Translations under genes and position numbers: made by a program
Assembly (NCBI GenBank): GCA_965235115.1
Contig: OZ249436.1
Location: 26,104,001-26,168,000, forward strand
Reading direction: 5' to 3'
Length of the DNA: 64,000 nucleotides
DNA from: Laetmonice hystrix
Taxonomy: Eukaryota
The notes under the pieces: model-generated
What the model saw: only the letters and a program-made list of their open reading frames with translations
Told to the model about the DNA's origin: nothing
Databases searched by the model: none
In this document: piece by piece, positions 12,795 to 26,756 of the stretch
Layout of the letters: each line of letters starts with the position of its first letter
How positions within the stretch are numbered: the first letter of the stretch is position 1

Positions 12795-15700
12795 GGGCCG
12801 TATTTTAGAACCATCCTTAAGGCAAAGGATTTCCTTTTGTCTATTGAATTGCAATAATAGACTAAAGGAAATCCTTTACCTTAAAGGAACACTCTTCTCC
12901 TGCTTATTGAGTTATCAGATGTTAACTTGATAGTACTAGAGCCCGTCTATACCATATCGATCAGGCCCGTAGGCTGGTCTGAAAATGGGTGGGTTACCTA
13001 TCAGGGGCGGATCCAGGATTTTCAAAACGGGGGGGGGGGTGCTATGGAAAAAGGGCACTTTCTCACCCCCCCCCCCAGTGAGTATAGCCTAAACAGTCAA
13101 ATAAAAGTGGCATAGGCTAGGCCTATAGACCTATGCACATATCAACAGGGCCGTATGTCTGTGTGTGGGGGCAGTCAGGGGCGAATCCAGGAATTTGGTA
13201 AAGGGGATGTCCCCCATGGGTGCGAGCGCCAAAGGCGCGAAGCCATGAAGGGGGGTCTGGGGGCCCTCCCCCCGAAAAAAATTTAAATTACAGTGCCAAA
13301 TACGCGATATAGACCAGCCTTTAGGGCTATAATAGGCCTAGACAATTGGACATTTAGATTTTAAATATCGTTCGTAAAAATAAAAAAGGGCACTTGAGGG
13401 GGAGAGAAAAGGGGTGCACTGCTTATAGTGAAATGAGTTCCATAAATTCGCATGGGGTGGACCCAGAACTGTTTCTTGACCATGCACTGATATTGAAACT
13501 GGTTTCCAATACCAGTGGTTCCAACGTTTAAGAATGTGAAATGCAGCAGCAAAGCCACTGTAGGCACGAACTGTTTGTAGGGTGGTCCGGGGGCATGCTC
13601 CCCCAGGCAGGAATTTTTTTAAACTAGGAGTGAACTGGTGCATTCTGGGGGCATTTTGGCCATGTTTCAGAAATCTAAGAGCAATTACAGAGGCACAGTA
13701 GGCCTACAAGGAATCTCTTTAGATTTTTAGATTGGGAAGTAACCCCCCCCCCCCCGGTGGTTCTCGCCCCTTCTGAGATACCAGTGGCAGTGCAGTTCTG
13801 CCCCTGGTCAGGTCATATTGAATATGGGCGTGCTAGGGGGGTCTGCATCTGGGTTCCGGGACATGTTCCCCCAGAAAAAAATGAAAAATTGGAGGCCTAA
13901 CAACCATACATCTGGGGTATTTTCAATTGGCAGGGCATATTTGTGCCCCCTCCCCCAACTGAAATATCGGCCCCACGCCCCCGGGCAGACCTTTTTATCT
14001 TGACTAGGCGGACCTTGGCTGGCTCTGCGGGTAGGTTACGAGTAACCCAAGTAACCCCCCCCCCCCAGCCTACGGGCCTGCATATTCATATTTTTAGACT
14101 GCACTTGTAATTAATGATTGTTAATCAAAAACGGGACTTAGTAGTTGATAGTCTTTTCGCCATCTTGCAAAAAGGACGCATGCTAACGCCTTGCGGAAAT
14201 CTACAGAACTATAGCTGCCACCTGGCAAAATGCTGGTAGTGACGTCACGAAGGGACAACAACTTTGGTAGGCCTAGGCCTACAGCGTAGACTGAAGGCGT
14301 AGACTAGCTAAACTTACCGCGAGTTCGGCCCACAACAAGGAGTATTCCAGGACTTTGTGCGGCAGTGGGGTTGTAACAACCGAAAGGTTAAGAATTTGGA
14401 TCAACAAAGGAGCTTTCATGCTTTCCCCTCTAAAATAAAACCTGTACCTGTAGCAGGCTGTAATTCTGAAGAGGTGGGTGCACAACATGCGTCGAGGTAG
14501 GCCTAAACTATAGGCTAAGCTAAAGTAAAGTGGATTTGTTCCAACAGCGATCCACCTGCTGTGCTCAGACTATTTATTAATATTATTCTACCCGCATAGT
14601 GTGAATGTCTCGATTTTTTTCTGTGACTAACTAAACTTAGGCCTAGACTCCGTTTCTGCTGTGACTAGAGTCGAGATTGCTAGTCTAGGCCCCGTAGATC
14701 TACTATTACTAGTATTAGTACTAATCTCATTCTAGTATTTCTACTGCGTCCAGTCACCAGTGCAGTGGCAGTGATTAGTAAATTGGCTGAAGGAGGAGGC
14801 AAACGGCCCAATATACCACCAATTTACACTTTGAAAATTCTGAGGGGGGGGGGAGTATTTACCAAAGACCGGTTTTCCGAGACAACCCGTGGGCGTGACC
14901 GGCCTGTAGCAGGCCTACTTTGTAGTGTAGCAAGCCGCCCCCGCCAACTCCGTCGCCAAGCTGCACGCCGGGCTCAGGCACTGAGTGAGCCGAGGACAGA
15001 CACCCATACTAAGTCTAAGGCCATTGAGGGGGGGGGGTGATCCAGGATTTTGCAAGTGGGGGGGGGGGGGGCGGCTCGACCTAGCTAGGTGCGCCGTAGT
15101 CTGACATAGACACACTGCAAAATGATAACCCTCAGCCAGGCTGGAGTTAGCCGGGGGGGGGGGGGGGCTTAGGGCCTACTAGTAGTAGCCTACTGCTACT
15201 GCTGCCCCCCCCCTCAGAAATTTCTAGATACGGCCCTACAATACGTGTAGGGCCTACCTCCATAGCTTATATTATCTTGGAAACCGGCTAGGGCATATTT
15301 TCGGCCTACTTCCTTAGGCTAATGCTAGATGGCTATGCCTATGGATGATGGATGTAGCCGGGGGAGGGGGCGGGGGTTCCGAGGGTTCTGACGAACCCCT
15401 CTCACTTTTGTGGGGCACTATTAAAATAAATACACTATAGTATAGAACTAGATATCATTGCCGAGACTTATTAACAAAATGGTCCCTATTTAAACTATCA
15501 GGTCGCTACATGAGCAGACCGCCTACTTGTCAACACTTGTTTAACGAGGGCCGAGGCATATCCAGGGCTGAGTGAGTCCCTTCGTGACGTAGTCAAAGAT
15601 GTAGCCAAGTCATTGCTATTATTGCCGCAAGAGGGCGCGCGGTGCGCCAATGGCGGCGACTATGAATCTGCATTAAAGTTCTTTTTGACAATATAATATA

Positions 15701-15814
15701 AACTGTTTGATGTTAAAAAAATAACATGGGTTGTAGAATTATGCCTTCTTCAATTCTAAATATGATTTAGCTCAAGAAAAGCATTCCTTTAAGGATAGTT
15801 CTAAAATACCACCC
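12795..15814. mobile_element. Small palindromic MITE (GGGCCGTATTTTAGAA...TTCTAAAATACCACCC, GAA TSD) split by a Kolobok-like insertion
   Basis: Arms 12795-12884 and 15789-15814 rejoin into a hairpin; GAA at 12792-12794 and 15815-15817. Confidence 0.65.
12885..15788. mobile_element. Kolobok-like non-autonomous element (TTAA TSD) carrying further nested repeats
   Basis: TTAA|AGGAACAC ... GCATTCCT|TTAA. The same right-end sequence recurs inverted at ~58996-59028. Confidence 0.65.
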
Positions 15815-15835
15815 GAAGTCACATGATGAAGGGCT

Positions 15836-15955
15836 AAGTGAAAGTGCAAGTGAAAGATGAAACCGAAGTGTAAGTGAAAGTTAAAGTGCAAGTGTATGTC
15901 TAAGTGAAAGTGAAAGTTGAAGTGCAAGTGTATGTGTAAGTTGAAGTGAAAGTCG
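15836..15955 (+). repeat. AAGTG(A/C/T)-type 6-bp microsatellite
   Basis: Direct inspection. Confidence 0.8.
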
Positions 15956-16319
15956 AATTTCGTCACCCGTATTCCATACCTAAGCTTGTTCCCGGCTCAC
16001 TCGCTACTCGCAAGATGGCTCTGGGGTTGACGCGAGTAGGAGCCGGTAACGCCTGCCATCTTTGTACGCTCTGGCCGTACATCGTGGGGGGTCTGAGAGT
16101 GGTTGGTAATGACGTATTTCCGGGATTCCCATAGCCTGGTCCCCTGCCTACCAGATGCATTCACGTAGTCAATATAGACCAGGCTAGGATATCCAGGCAA
16201 CGCTCCCTTACGTGAGAACTGCATAGTGTGGGAGGAGTGAAGAGTCTCACGGCCAGCACAGCACCTGGCACTGGCAGGCATGGGTCGCTGTCACTCAGGC
16301 AGCTGCACAATCAATTTCA

Positions 16320-17946
16320 ACCCAATTTTTCATACACGTGACATGTAGCCTATGTATGTGCTACGAATAGATACGTTACCAAACTTGCCACACACAAAGG
16401 TTCATAAATTATGGGCCATTTTTTCTAGGAATGTACAAATCCCATCCCTGGCACTCTTGCAAGTGGATTTTTATAAAACTAAAACAAACTAATTCACTTG
16501 TATATATTCTGATAGAGCAAGCTATTGGCTATCTGGAACTTTTTATTATACTGAGAAATTCCAAGGGGTTCAGTTTTTATAGCAATTCAAAATAAGCACT
16601 CTCTTTTCATGGAACGTCCGTAAGATTTCTGGCTCCCTTTACTAAGTCTAATCAGTTTGCTCTATGTTAAAAATAATATCTAAACCTAAAACTTTGTACA
16701 TTACATAATTACTATGTATGCAAGGCATGGGAATGAATATCTAAGAATTTGATCCATGAGAAATATTTGATTCAGGTTGGCAAATATTGGTCAAAAATGC
16801 TGGGCGGTCGTGCCGGAGAGGAAAAAATATCAGTAACTTTTGCAATTTTGATTGATAATAGTGGAGATTAGATATGAAAGGTAAACGTTGCCCTGTAAGT
16901 TCTCTAACATTTATATTTTTCTAATAAATAGATTGAATGGCCAGTCTTTGGGTCTAACATGGATCAGCAATGCTTAGAAAAGTTCATGTTTTCCTTACGG
17001 ACGTTCCACAAAAAAGTTTCGGACGTTCCTTCAGGTGCTAAGTTTGTACAAAACCAAGTTACATGATATATTCTCAACCAAAACTGTCAAAAATCGACAT
17101 GCAAGCAGCAAAGATGTAACATTACTGGAATATAACCTTAAAATCCCTCTCCTGTGCCATCTTATTTGTTAGGATAATGCTAAAATTAGGTGAAAATACA
17201 TAGTTCAGATTAAATGAAATCATCCATGAACAACTGCATCACATGCAATACCCAAAAAATTGAAGTTGTAGAAATCATTTTTTCTTGCCAGATTACATAA
17301 ATTATATACCTAGCCCCATCTGAAGACAAAATATTAGGGTGGTAGGAGCACTGCTTCTACTAGTTCTAGTTTTTTTCTTTGTAATTATTGACAGATGGAA
17401 CGTCCGAAACATTTCTTGGGCATGATTTTGGACAGATGTAGTAGATCCAGACCTAAATTTCACCACCACATATCGTGGACAGCCCTATTCAACTCTGATT
17501 AAGATGAAACGTGGAGCCCTACATCCACAGTTGGTCAGTTGTGGCCTCACGAGGAACGTCCGAAACTTTCCTTACGGACGTTCCGCTTTTACGTTTTCCC
17601 CCAATTTTTTTGCATCAAACACACGTTCTCGCGTATATATTGTACTTATTATGACAAACCCAACATGTAGCTCTAATTCTGGATGAGAAACATTCCAGAA
17701 AACATGAAAGGATAGACAGAACATGCAGGTTTGTGACGCCTGATACACGGTTGGAACGTCCGTAAGATGAATTTCTCAGCCCTGCCGGCACACAAACCAT
17801 GTGGCTTCGATACCCATACATTGCAATGACATTTTCAAGTGTTTTACACATTTTCGAAGCACAGAAAGGATCAAAATATGTCAGAACCTTTAGCAATTGG
17901 TTTTTTTAAAACTCGGGATTTTTCATTACGGACGTTCCACCCCCCT
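16320..17946. mobile_element. Unclassified DNA-element fragment with a dispersed GGAACGTCCG motif
   Basis: Motif in both orientations at ~16611, 16995, 17020, 17397, 17553-17584, 17753, 17927. Apparent end ...GGACGTTCCACCCCCC; left boundary uncertain. Confidence 0.45.
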
Positions 17947-20864
17947 AAACTGGGAAAAACTTTTTTCAAACCTGGGCCTTCTTCAAGGTAAAAATCACTT
18001 ATGGCTGCCTAAACCAAAACCACGCCAGAGTTCAGATTTTGAATTTTTCTCTAAAACCCTGCAAATACTTCAAACCACTGTTCAAATTTTTGCCAGGGGA
18101 GGCCGAAGTCACCCATCTTACCACTTAACATACTCTGGAATACATATATACACCCCTACATACTTTAAAATTAAAGCAAATCATTTTGAATTCTCAAGAG
18201 CACCTTCGCGCCGGTCTACGTAGAGAGTTTTTTTTCGCTTGACAAAAAAGGGCGCGCCGACACTGATCTTTAGCCTTGGCTGGACGGGAGCACGGGATTG
18301 TGTCGCCGCCTACCGATAACTAGGTCAAGACGGCCCGGCTGCTGTGCCAGTAGAGGCCCGGGAGAGAGGCCGCCACATACCGTGCGTCACAAGCGGGAAG
18401 CGGTCTAAATTGTATGCTGTGGTTAGAGTCAAAACATCTGGCGCATTTTGGGGGGATGTTCAGCCCCTACCTAAACTATTACAGCCTTGAAAGCTTGGGG
18501 GGGGGGGGGGCTGACAGATACAACAGTGGTGATGGGCCTCACTGAGACTCTCAGTACTGCCAAGCTTGGGCAGGCTGCCTGATTCTGTTTTGGCCACCTG
18601 CATGTTTCCAACACTATGAAGAAAGCAATTTTAGCCCCCCCCCTAAAAGAATGTGATTTTTAACAAAAATATGGGGTTTCCTTAGGAAAAGGTTCAACAC
18701 TTTTCATACTTGAGCAAGTTTAAATACTACACGTCGGCTGTATAGGCCTATACCTCTCCATGCAGATCTTGGTCTTAGACCTAAGCCTAGGCTAAGGCTA
18801 AGCTAGGCCTACAAAATTAATTCCCCCCCCCCTTTTTTTCCTTTTTATGACCCATATTTCATATTGATGAAACTCTCCTGGCATCTAAAACCAATCAAAT
18901 AACATTGAATAGCATGAAATCGGTTCAAATAGCCACAATAACGCGAATGTCAGTAGCAAACATTCTAATTTTTGTTAATTTTATCATTGGAAATTTTCAC
19001 ATTTTGTGAAAGTTTGAGAGCCCCCCTTAAAAAGGGGTTGGATTATCTGAATAACTTTAAGCTAGTTGCTTAGTACCTTTCATCATCAAACAGCCTTCCA
19101 AATTTCAGGCAGATATATTATTTACTTTTTTAAATATCAGTCTTTGAATATTGGCAATTTCACATGTTTTCGACAGCGGACCGCCGTAAAAATGACTAAG
19201 TCCAACAATTTTTCAAAAGTTTTCATTGAATAAAAAAATAACCTTTTTTTAGCTCAATATACTTCAGATCTTTTTTTAGATCATATTTCATATAATATAT
19301 TGAGTATCTAAAGAAGAAACCTCCTGCAATGGAGGATTTTAATGTTATCGGCTTCCAAAATTGGCAAATTTTGGGATTGGCAACCTTTCCGAAATCTATG
19401 TCTCCGAGCGGCCTATACCCACGAATCACAAAATTGGCCATAACTCTAAAATTTTTTAATATTTTTTCAAAATTCTTTTTTTGTTGCCTTTCTCAAAGTG
19501 GACTCTTTGATATAAAGAAAGAAATGAAGGGTTATATCAAATTTAAAATTTTCATTAAAACGCCCTACCAAGATCTAATTTTAATTAGATTGAGCAGGGC
19601 CCACACTGACGCGAAACTCCTTAGGCGGGCAGAAAAAAATCTTCCGCGCATGGAAATTGCACTTCCGCATGAAGCCTACATCCGCACCAGTGTGTTTGTG
19701 TCATGTTCGGAAAAATGGACCTATGCGGAATCGCGTGGCATATCTAAATATCTAAAACATTAGATATTTCCGCCTGTCGCACGCGGAAATTTTGTCGCGA
19801 AGCCATGAAATTGAATGGGGGCCTGGGGGCCCTCCCCCGGAAAGAAAAAGAAAATTACAGTGCCAAATACGCGATATAGACCAGCCTTTAGGCCTATAAT
19901 AGGCCTATAGGCCTAGACAATTGGACATTTAAATTTTAAAAATCTTTTGTAAAAATATAAAAAGGGGCACTTGGGGGAGAGAAAAGGGCACTAGGGGCAC
20001 ACTGAAACACACCCCACACCCCCCCCCCCCGGATAAATTCACTCCCACCAATCAGTGTGGGCATTATTTCTGTCCCGCTTAAAAAATCATTCGTGTTCTG
20101 TGTGGGCTACTTTTGCGCCCCTTCACGCAGGCGAAAATGTTTAGCAAATTCGCGTGCGGATGTATTAAGGTCATGTGCTACACTAAATCAAACCCATATC
20201 GATACTATGTATAGGAACAAGTTTTTCTGATTATAAAAATGTATATAAATATCCATATGTCGCCATGCTAACTTTTGTGTGCCAGGATGTCTATAGAAAA
20301 TCCATGTTTTGTCTACTTTGAGTGCTTCTTACACTCATCTGGGGGCCTTCAAGGTAAATTCAAGGCTTTGCACAGGCATACATTTGCTATAAATCCAGGC
20401 TGGCCGGTCTCCTATGACTCTCCTTGGCTTGGGCCATGATCCAGCCGTGTATGACCTGCCTCCAGAGCTAGGGTTAGGCATCCCTTGGCATGCCTTGCGC
20501 CCTGGCCCTGGCTCACAGTGGAACTCCAGCCGGTAGAGGCAGGCAGGGAAGTCACACTATCCACCAATCCCAACGGCCATCTGCACCTGTGACCCCTGTG
20601 GCCACTGGCTACAAGTTGGAGCCCGTCTGTCTCATGGCCTCCCCATCCCTATTGCCCTGCCGGCTTCCGTGTCCCTGGCTCTGCCAACCAACCCTAACTT
20701 ACAGTGAGACCCCCTGTGCAGCTGCCGCCCTGCCGGCCACCCTATCCCTGCTAATGCTATACAACCAAAGCTACGAGTATTACTAGGCCTATCACAGAGG
20801 CAAAGCTACCAGCGGCACCTTGGCCACCCTCCAGGCCTCCAAACCCTAACCAGCGTCCATATTA

Positions 20865-21583
20865 TATCGGGTGGATAAAAAAAAACGCCCCGAAATTTAA
20901 ACTTTAATATTTCAAAAACTATGCATTATAATTCAATACAATTTCTCTTAATATCACTACATGATATTATCTCTGGTATGTTAAAGTCTCAGCTCAATAG
21001 CTTTGATATTATTCCCGTGGCGCTAAAAACAAAAATCAGTGTCTAAAAATGCAATGCCGGAATTAGGTCAAATATCATGCAGCTGCCAGGTGTCCAATTT
21101 GACACCTGTTTGATCCACCGCATTGTACCTTGGGTAAAAAAAATCAGTATTTAGTTTTTGCATGTTTTACAATATGTATCATGTTGTGGACCACTAGATA
21201 TAATAAAATATGTGCTATTCCTAGTACTTTTAGAGAAAAACAGATGTTTAATGTGCCAAACTCTACACAGAAACTGCAACATTAGGACGATATGGCTGTA
21301 ACGAGAAGTTTAAGGGAAATCGTATCATTATCACGTTTAGAAACACGTTCAGAACGTTGCGTATTTCCCAATCTTGCGAAGATATCTCCTATCAGAGATC
21401 AGGAAGTGCATTGGCTCATGGAAAAAGAGCTGAGAGCAGTATGAAGTGAAAACGGGGGACCGATTGACCACCTACTCTAGTGTGAGGCCAGGGACTCTTA
21501 AGAAAAATTTCATTGAATTACAATCATTACTTTTTGAAATATTGAAGTTTAAAGTTCGGGGCGTTTTTTTTATCCACCCGATA
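20865..21583 (+). mobile_element. Tc1/mariner-like MITE copy 1 (internally deleted by ~140 bp)
   Basis: TIR TATCGGGTGGATAAAAAAAAACGCCCCGAA, TA-flanked. Confidence 0.9.
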
Positions 21584-22357
21584 TATCCCCAGCCCTGCCC
21601 CCCAACCCTGGCTAGCTTGGCAGACCAACCTCCCCCCCCCCCCCCACCCCCGGGCCCTACTGCCCTACCGCCTCATGCCCTACTGGTCATGTCTGGCTGT
21701 CGGGGGACCTCGTCAGCCGCTCCCCAGGCCAACAATGGGCTGCCTCAGGCCCTGCTGGCCAATCCTTTCTGACCATGCAAGCAGGGGCAGATGACCTGTC
21801 CCCCGGCCCACCTACCTCAAGCCCTGCCAGCCTTAATTAGACAAGTTCCAGTACTAGCTCCTTCCTAGGGTATGACCTAAATAGCATCCGGCACGACCAC
21901 AGGTTGGGGGGTCAATCGGGTCAGTATGGGGGAGGGGGTCGCTCCAGACTGACCCCCAAACTGACCCTTGACTGACCTCCCCCTGGACTGACCCCTGGAC
22001 TGACCCCCGTTTGACCTTAGACTGCCACCCAGACTGATCCCCGACTGACAAGCCCAACTAACCCCAACCCCACCCACCCACTGACCCCTGGACTGACCCT
22101 CACCCCAACTGACCGCCCCCGAACACCCCCAAACTGACCCCTCCCCACCCACTGACCCTGCTGGCCAATCCTTTCTGACCATGCAAGCAGGGTTAGACGA
22201 CTGTCCCCCAGCCCACCTGCCTCAAGCTCTGCCAGCCAAATTATTAAAATTAGACAAGTTGGAACCCTAGTCTAGCCTAGGGCAGTTCTCCAGTTCGCTC
22301 CTACCTAGGGTTTGACCTAAATAGCATTCGACACGACCAAACTAGGTTGGGGGTCAG

Positions 22358-23768
22358 CAGGGCTTCTATAGAGCACACCTCTTTCTATATCGAATTCTCT
22401 ATTCTGAACAGCCTATTGGGTTCAATTTTGGGCTGGAAAGAAGAGTTTAAGGTAAGAAGCACATGTACAGACAGCTGAAAAGCTAATATTTTGCCTTTCT
22501 TTAAATTACGGACCAGTGTACCTCGGGAGGTACTGGTCCGTACTGGCCAGCACTGGTCCGTATATTTACAATATCTGGCTTTGAGTCGCTGATTTACGCA
22601 TATTTACATTAATTAAGATTTATTAATTACACCAACCTAGATAGTGCCAAATCCCCTGATTTAAATAATTATTTGACTAATAGCACAAAGGTTTTACGGA
22701 TAGAGGTAGGCCTAATTATTCTCATGTCACTAAAGGCCCGGTCCCACTGCACTTACGGATGCAAAGAGTATGTAAAAGTATGTATGTATGCAAAAAGCTT
22801 TGAGCTGCACAAAACTTTTAGAACGGATGAACTTTCCGCCGTGTACGATGTAAATCCGCGACATATACGAGCAACAAACGTTCTATGTCCGTTATCATCC
22901 GTTAAACGTCCGCTGTATCCTCTCTGCATCCTCTGGGCATCCTCGCAACTCACATCCACTGCAGCTGAAAACGGAAAGAGGGAGGAAAGATAAGGTACAT
23001 GGAACGTCTATACATCGTTAGTAGCACGGAAATAGAAAGGATGTAAGCGTATGCATCTCGTATATATACCCCCTTCGGAGCTGTCATCCACTTCTATCCG
23101 CTTTCATCCGCTAGGCTTCCGATGAACATCCGTTTAACATCCCCGCTACATACTACCCACGTCCACGTCCAAATTTTCGCCAATTTTGTCCATTTCTGGA
23201 GCGGATGAAAACGGATGGAGCCACCCCCGAAATTTTGCTCGTCCGCTGTGTCCTTTATGCATACGTTTTGTGTCCATCGGCCAGTGGGACCGGGCCTTTA
23301 TAGAGAGAACTTCCTCCACTCCCCTCTAGTCATTTAGATGAGATACCTTGCAGATTTCAGTCAGGCCAGGTGTTTTTAGGGTACCTAAAGTTTTTTTGCC
23401 CATTTTTGGCACTCGCTAGCACGGACCAGTGCACCGACTTGGGTACTCGCCCGGTGCACTCGCCACTCGCATTTTGCAAGTAGCGAGCGCCCGTTTTGCA
23501 CCCTGGGTGATATACCGTTAATATCCCTCTCAAATGCCACCAAAATGCACTCAATTAATGTCAACATTTTCAAATTTTCCTGCCGAGGAAGGGGGATGCT
23601 CCCCTCCCTTGACCCTCCCCCTCCAAGCTCAATAGAATTATTGTTGTTTCATATATTGTCCCTAAAATCCTATAATTTTTTGCATGCGCCCTATATTGGC
23701 CCTATATTTTTGTCACAATCGCCCTATATTTATCCCTATATTTTTGCAAGAGGGCACTTGAAGCCCTG
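22358..23768. mobile_element. hAT-like non-autonomous element (CAGGGCTTC...GAAGCCCTG)
   Basis: 9-bp perfect TIR; GGTCAG duplicated at the flanks, inside a repeat unit. Confidence 0.6.
22734..23297. mobile_element. PIF/Harbinger-like MITE
   Basis: Perfect TIR AGGCCCGGTCCCACTG, flanked by TAA/TTA. Confidence 0.8.
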
Positions 23769-24290
23769 GGTCAGTCGGGATCAGTATAGGGGAGGGGTCA
23801 GTCGGGGATCGCTCCAAATTGACCCCTAGCTGACCGACCCCCCAACTTACCCATGACTGACCTCCCCCTGGACTGATCCCCGATTGACCCTAGACTGCCA
23901 CCCAGACTGATCCCTGACTGACAAGCCCAACTGACCCGAACCCCACCCACCCACCCACTGACCCCTGGACTGACCCCCCCCCCGACACCCCTGACCTCCT
24001 GCCCCCTCGACTGACCCCTACCCCCCACCCACTGACCCTGCTGGCCAATCCTTTGTGACCATGCAAGCAGGGGCAGATGACCTCTCCCCCGGCCCACCTG
24101 CCTCAAGCCCTGCCAGCCAAACTTAATTAGACAAGTTACCCTAGCCTAGCCTCTAGGGGGTAGTTTTACACTTCGCTCCTTCCTAGGGTTTGACCGGAAT
24201 AGCATCCGACACGACCATGACTGGAGTAGTGGTCAGTCGGGGGGGGGGGGGAGAAGGTCGGGGTCAGTCGGGGTCAGTATGGAGGAGGGT

Positions 24291-24440
24291 GGGCCCGTTT
24301 CACTAACGGTGACATCCCCGGGACATCCCTGATTTGGGGACATCCCCACTCAAAGTGTTCCACCAACATGTCCCTCCCTGGGGACATCCCCAATTCAGGC
24401 AATGTTACTTGGGGATGTCCTCGCTTAGTGAAACGGGCCC
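24291..24440. mobile_element. 150-bp Harbinger-like MITE
   Basis: TIR GGGCCCGTTTCACTAA / TTAGTGAAACGGGCCC. Confidence 0.75.
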
Positions 24441-25559
24441 CAGGGAGTCAATCCAGACTGACCCCTGACTGAACCCCCCTGGACTGACCCCCTGACTGAT
24501 CCCCGACTGACAAGCCCAACTGACCCCAACCCCACCCACCCACTGACCCCTGGACTGACCCCCCCCCCCCGACACCCCTGGCCTCCTGCCCCCCCCCCCC
24601 CGCCGGAACTGCTTCCCGATACCCCTGACCTCCTGCACTCCCCGGACTGTCCTCCTCCCAAATGAGCCCTGGACCGACTGATCCCCGACTGACCCACACA
24701 CCCCACCCTGACCCCCGACTGTCCACTACTCACGTCATGGTCGTGTAGGATGCTATTCCGGTCAAACCCTAGGCAGGAGCGAAGGGGAGAACTGCCTAGG
24801 GTGCCGACTTGTCACAGTAAGACCCCTACGGACACAACCCGGTACACCCCCCCCCCCCAACCTTGGCTTTGGGGACCCCCAAGGCTTCCAGCAGAGGCTA
24901 AGACCGGGAAATCGTGAAAACTCCAACAATTTTATATTGAGACCTCCCAGGCTGGGAAAAGTCTGAGAATTTATCAATTATATGTACTCAAGTCCGGGAC
25001 AAGTTCAGGAATTTGACGAAAATACTCAAATTCTAGCTGGCTGATTCAGAGTCAGGGTACCAGTCTTTATTCATTGTCGATATCCCATACTGGAAAAAAT
25101 GGAAGGAGAACACGGTCCTGGAAAAATTAATAAAGAACCGGGAAAAGTCTGGGAATTTTGGAAAGCAGATAGCGTGGGAGCCATAGTTAAAGCAATGGGC
25201 CAAAATGTACAACATCCCTCCCCCAACAGGCCTATTGCAAAATTATTAATTTCCAACTTCACCCAGGTTATTTTTGGCACTAAATAATAAGTCAAAATCT
25301 AACCTAAAAATAACTCTGCTTATATCTTCACATGCTGCCATTCTTGAGATGTTTCAAACTATTCAAAACTAGATTGATTGGGGCGTGATAAACATGGTCT
25401 CTTGCTAACCATCTTGGATTATTCACAAATGTAAACTTTTATTTATTGCCAGTTTTCGTGACCTTGAATGACCTAAGGTCTCAAGTAAAGGTAAAAGGTC
25501 AATTAAGGTCAGATAGTTTTAGTGGCCTGGATGTCAAAAAGTTGAATGACGACAAATAA

Positions 25560-26023
25560 GCCCTGAACCCACTCTGCGATTTCTGCTTGCAGTTGCAAGC
25601 ATGGCGACAAAGCTCGTCGCAAGGCTTGCGACGAGCCTGTCGCAAGCCTTGAGACTTAGGGACCCGAACCCACTTTGCGACCAATTCTTGCTATCAGCGT
25701 CCCAGGCTTTGCAACTGAAAGCCTACGTACGGACATATTTTGGTCACATGATTTCATTGCTCGCCATCTGATTGGTCATTGCCTAGCGACGAGTCTGGCG
25801 TTGGTCGCAAGCCTTGCAACAAGAGGGGGAAATATCAAACATGTTTGATATTATCGCAAGCCATGCAACTCAATTCTTGCGACCAAGGGCTGAGTTGCAA
25901 GGCTTGCAACAAGGGAACCCACTTTGCGATTGATGCTTGCAATACCAATTGCAAGCCTTGCGATTGGTGTTGCAAGGCTTGCAACTCGTGTTGCAAGCAG
26001 AAATCGCATAGTGGGTTCGGGGC
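25560..26023. mobile_element. Harbinger-like MITE (TTGCAA/TCGCAA-rich), copy 1
   Basis: TIR GCCCTGAACCCACT..GCGATTTCTG, TAA/TTA flanks; related copy at 37435-38074. Confidence 0.8.
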
Positions 26024-26102
26024 TTAACTTTGATCATCGACATGAACTTTAGTCTGCCATTTTCCATGACCTTCCATGACCTATAATATAAAGGCTAAAC
26101 AA

Positions 26103-26756
26103 GTGTCACTTTCGGTTGGGCAACCCACGTTACTGTGGTTGGCTGACATTACGTATGCGTAGTGTCTAGGAACCGTGGTAAGAACCAAAGTTGAACTGAA
26201 CACTAAATAGTGGTCACAACAACTTACACTTGTTCTGTCTTCGCCACCATATCAGTGGTTAGAGCACGGGACCTTTGATCCAAAGGTTCTGGGTTCGAGC
26301 CGCGGCCGCGCCGGACTTTCCTGCATAGCAGTGCTGCCGACTGCTTTGGGAAAGGCCGGCCGTGTCACGATATGTCTATGTGGAGGGGCATGTTAAAGAT
26401 CCCTTGGCACCTATCGATAAGAGTAGGGGTTCGCCCCGTTGCCGGGTTTCCTCCTATCATCTCATCATTATCACCCAATGGATTTCACCGACTGAGTTAG
26501 TTACCTTGTTCTCACCCTGAAATAGCTGAAATACTGCTGACTGGGCGTTAAACACCAACTACTCACTCACTCACTCACTCATTCGCCACCATATTGAATG
26601 GCGTTCCTGGCCACATGCAGTGACCACGCTCAAACCGTGGGTCGCTGTGGTCTGGTAAGTATGACGTCATATCGACCAAACTAGGTCAACAAATTGCACT
26701 TTCGATTGGAACTAGAGCGACCATTGCGACTACGGTCGCCCAACCGAAAGTGACCC
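26103..26756. mobile_element. MITE with TIR GTCACTTTCGGTTGGGC, hosting a SINE
   Basis: Inverted ends at 26105-26125 and 26734-26755. Confidence 0.65.
26253..26581 (+). mobile_element. tRNA-derived SINE, slightly 5'-truncated, with (ACTC)n tail
   Basis: Partial A box CAGTGGTTAGAGC, B box GGTTCGAGCC, core ATGTTAAAGATCCCTTG, tail GGCGTTAAACACCAACT(ACTC)n. 13-bp TSD TTCGCCACCATAT at 26240-26252 and 26582-26594. Confidence 0.85.

Larger units (their letters stand above)
21745..24810. repeat. ~400-bp CTGACCC-rich tandem repeat family interrupted by MITEs; last copy inverted
   Basis: Core CTGCTGGCCAATCCTT...AATAGCATCCGACACGACCA at ~21750, 22158, 24038; inverted at 24735-24810. Confidence 0.65.

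Noticed and set aside
21854..24733. Gly/Ser-rich minus-strand ORFs
   Set aside because: Translations of CTGACCC repeats and C homopolymers.
26253..26320. Functional tRNA gene
   Set aside because: 5'-truncated, continues into a SINE core and tail, bounded by a TSD.
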